From an uncultured Spirochaetota bacterium (GTDB lineage Bacteria > Spirochaetota > Brevinematia > Brevinematales > JAOACQ01): a DNA stretch of 64,000 nucleotides. The notes beneath the pieces are model-generated. The model saw only the letters and a list, made by a program, of their open reading frames with translations. It searched no databases and was not told where the DNA came from. A program made the position numbers and the translations under genes. Positions 61,559 through 64,000 of this stretch are shown in pieces (the first letter of the stretch is position 1; each line of letters starts with the position of its first letter). The DNA lies in the NCBI GenBank assembly GCA_963768055.1, contig CAVYGN010000002.1, positions 1,248,001-1,312,000 on the forward strand, read 5' to 3'.

Positions 61559-61719
61559 TTATACTTTGCAGTTGCTTTTTCTCAGGCAGATTGCGCACCT
61601 TTCGCAGCTGCAAAACCCGCATTCGTAGCAGTCCCTGCAGTCATGCTTTTTTTCTTCGCAGGTTCTTCATCGGGAGTATAAACCAGGCCGGTGACACCGG
61701 GCATTTCGACAAAAGCCAT
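61559..61719 (-). pseudogene. Small Cys-rich protein split at an A7 run
   Basis: MAFVEMPGVTGLVYTPDEEPAKKK, then in the -1 frame KHDCRDCYECGFCSCERCAICLRKSNCKV-stop. Confidence 0.65.
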
Positions 61720-61759
61720 TTTTACTCCATTTTTATTGACATACTGGAAATCAACAGGC

Positions 61760-63640
61760 TCACTTCTTTATAGCAATGACAACACCTTCCTCGACAGGCA
61801 AAAAGAGCGTCTCGAAGCCGCTTCCCCGAGCCAGTTCCTCGTTGAAGAGCCTGAGGAGCATAACTGCTTCCCTTCTCTCCGGAGACCCATCGAAAAGAAA
61901 ATTATCGGCGAATAATACGCCGCCCTTTTTCATCCTTTTTTTCAACAATTCGAGATAAGCCGGGTAGTCCCTCTTTTGAGCGTCGAGGAAAACAAAATCG
62001 TAAATTTCATTGCTGTTAGACAGGAAATCCATGGCGTCGCCGTTAATGATCGATAGACGGGGATTGCCCCCGAAAAGCTGTTTGGCTTTAAGATACCTCT
62101 TTAAGTCTCTTTCGATCGTGGTGATCCTGGCGGCCGGGCCTATGCCCCTTATTATCCACAGGGTCGAATAGCCGCTTCCCGTCCCTATCTCTAGAATATT
62201 CCGGGGTCCGGCGAGCCTGATAAAAAAGTAAAGGAGCCTGGCGGAAACCGGCCTTAAAACCGGAATATCCTGCCTCACCGCCTCGTCAAAGAGCTCTTCC
62301 CATTCAGGGATGTCGAGGCAGCCGTTAAGAAATGCGGCGTATTCACACCTTCCCGTCGAAATATTTTCAAGCACCTTATCGATAATTTGAAAAGACCCTG
62401 TAAATATGTTCAATAATCCCTCTTCATGCGAAACCGGGGGTATCGAAGCGCTGTACTCCGACTGGGGCAGGCGGGATACCAGTTCGAATAAAGCCTTGCC
62501 GCCGCTCATCCTTGGCGATGGAAAATCAAAAACAATTATCTTTCGGAACATTTTTTCGTTTGCAATGATTTTTTCCGCGATCCTCCGAAGTTCCTTGTCC
62601 GATAGAATTCCTATATGAAGCGTCACAAGCGCCGGTCTGAAATATTCCTTAACTGTTTTAAAAAGGCTTTCAAGGGAACTGTCGTTATGGGCGACATCGA
62701 TGAGGCAGTCACCCCGCTTTTCCATTCTGAAAGGAATGCGTATCCTGGCAGTCTCCCGGATGGACTTTTCTGAAAACTCCAGTCCGGCTGCGGCCAGGGC
62801 CAACACGGAAAGCAGGAAATTTTCAACGAAAACATCCCCTGGCTGTGAAATATAAATATTTTCGAAGCCGCTCTCTTTTTTTCCCGATTTCATCCTGAAA
62901 TCAAAAATCCCTCCGCGAGGATTTCGTTCTTTTATTTTATAGCTTATATAATCAGGAAAATAATATAATCGGGAACCCTTTAATTTAGCCTCTTCACTCA
63001 CCCTTTCCAGGGCTTCATCCGGCAGAAAGGATGCGGCAGTCGGCCTTTTTTCTTTTATTATGCCGGCTTTTTCCCCTGCTATTTCTTTAAGTGAACTGCC
63101 GAGAAGGGCTGTATGGTCGTACCCGATGGAGCTTATTACAGATACCTCGGGCATGCAGAAATTAGTGGAATCCAGCCTTCCTCCGAGGCCGGTTTCAAGC
63201 ACGGCCCAGCTGCAGCGGTTATCTATGAAATAAACCATCGCCAGAAATGTCAGTATGTCGAAATAAGTGGGTTTTTCACTTTCCCTGTATTCATTGATGA
63301 AAGTGGAATGTTTTTCAATAAGATGAACGAGTTCCGTATCAGATATCGGTTCCCTGTTTATGCTGAACCGTTCGTTAATTCTGAGTACATGCGGGGATGT
63401 ATAGAGGCCGATTTTATCTTTTCCGCATGACTCGAGTAAAGAACATGTGTAGTGGGCGGTGCTGCCTTTGCCTTTTGTACCCGCTATATGTACGATCCTG
63501 ACCCCCCCGGGGTCAAATCCCGCCCCGCCCAGCATTCTCCCGACCCTATCGGGGGTGTAATGCTCCGACCTGTATTTCCCGGGGGTATTTTCGCGGTTGA
63601 TAAAAGAGTCGAGAAATTCAAGGGCGTTTGCCATGGTCAT
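61760..63640 (-). CDS. folC: FolC folylpolyglutamate synthase fused to a class I O-methyltransferase
   Basis: HIAGTKGKGST, LETGLGGRLDSTN, DVAHN; C-terminal LEIGTGSGYS, FVFLDAQK, ADN. Confidence 0.88.
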   Translation of the reverse strand: MTMANALEFLDSFINRENTPGKYRSEHYTPDRVGRMLGGAGFDPGGVRIVHIAGTKGKGSTAHYTCSLLESCGKDKIGLYTSPHVLRINERFSINREPISDTELVHLIEKHSTFINEYRESEKPTYFDILTFLAMVYFIDNRCSWAVLETGLGGRLDSTNFCMPEVSVISSIGYDHTALLGSSLKEIAGEKAGIIKEKRPTAASFLPDEALERVSEEAKLKGSRLYYFPDYISYKIKERNPRGGIFDFRMKSGKKESGFENIYISQPGDVFVENFLLSVLALAAAGLEFSEKSIRETARIRIPFRMEKRGDCLIDVAHNDSSLESLFKTVKEYFRPALVTLHIGILSDKELRRIAEKIIANEKMFRKIIVFDFPSPRMSGGKALFELVSRLPQSEYSASIPPVSHEEGLLNIFTGSFQIIDKVLENISTGRCEYAAFLNGCLDIPEWEELFDEAVRQDIPVLRPVSARLLYFFIRLAGPRNILEIGTGSGYSTLWIIRGIGPAARITTIERDLKRYLKAKQLFGGNPRLSIINGDAMDFLSNSNEIYDFVFLDAQKRDYPAYLELLKKRMKKGGVLFADNFLFDGSPERREAVMLLRLFNEELARGSGFETLFLPVEEGVVIAIKK

Positions 63641-63699
63641 TTTATTATCCTTTTATTGATTGAATATTTTAAAGGAATACCCGGGATTTATCAATACTT

Positions 63700-63781
63700 C
63701 AGTCTGCAGTCGATAGTCGACACTCGATAGTCGGTAGCATTATGGCCGGCTGTTGACTTTCGACCGATGACTGTCGACTGA
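63700..63781. repeat. Inverted heptamer tandem-repeat hairpin
   Basis: CAGTCTG CAGTCGA TAGTCGA CACTCGA TAGTCGG, then the inverted CTGTTGA CTTTCGA CCGATGA CTGTCGA CTG. Confidence 0.8.
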
Positions 63782-63864
63782 TTATATATTTTGCTTTATT
63801 TTTTATAAAAACCATGTTAGAATATATGTAGGTATTGGGGGTAATAGCGGGGGAGGAGGAATAA

Positions 63865-64000
63865 ATGAAAAGGGCCATTTATTTTTGCGTTTTATGCCTG
63901 CCTTTGTCGTTTATCTTATATTGCAGTATAACTAACGATAATTCAAGGATCGAGGGAAACTGGTGGCAGAACAATAATGTCAGCCCGGGCAGCACGGTTT
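63865..64000 (+). CDS. Putative lipoprotein (truncated by window end)
   Basis: GAGGAGG RBS; MKRAIYFCVLCLPLSFILYCSITND (Cys after a hydrophobic stretch). Confidence 0.6.
   Translation, partial: MKRAIYFCVLCLPLSFILYCSITNDNSRIEGNWWQNNNVSPGSTV

Overview
Chromosomal 64-kb window from an AT-rich diderm bacterium (TolC, Omp85 and LolA-like genes are present; a spirochaete-like lineage is plausible but not proven). From left to right it holds: an operon end with two radical SAM genes and a GH26-like gene (truncated); a TCA super-operon (acn-sdhAB-sucCD-sucAB-lpdA-gltA) followed by ppc and lipBA plus a tandem kinase/pseudokinase-like gene; a TetR-TolC-MFP-RND pump; a two-component cluster and an adenylate cyclase; a ~10-kb envelope module (two membrane paralogs around a wHTH regulator, a one-POTRA Omp85, two secreted helical-repeat paralogs, a LolCDE-like ABC, a LolA-like protein and a barrel) whose two promoters share one operator palindrome; an AT-rich cargo gene between nested inverted 9-mer-like repeats; an A2-type heme-copper oxidase operon; and small genes plus a FolC-methyltransferase fusion. 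Non-coding highlights are a dispersed long-hairpin element with compensatory changes (2 full copies and 1 partial) and an empty heptamer inverted-repeat element. Three single-base frameshifts at short homopolymers may be sequencing errors. I saw no rRNA, tRNA, CRISPR array or transposase. All family calls come from motif recognition by eye, not from database searches.
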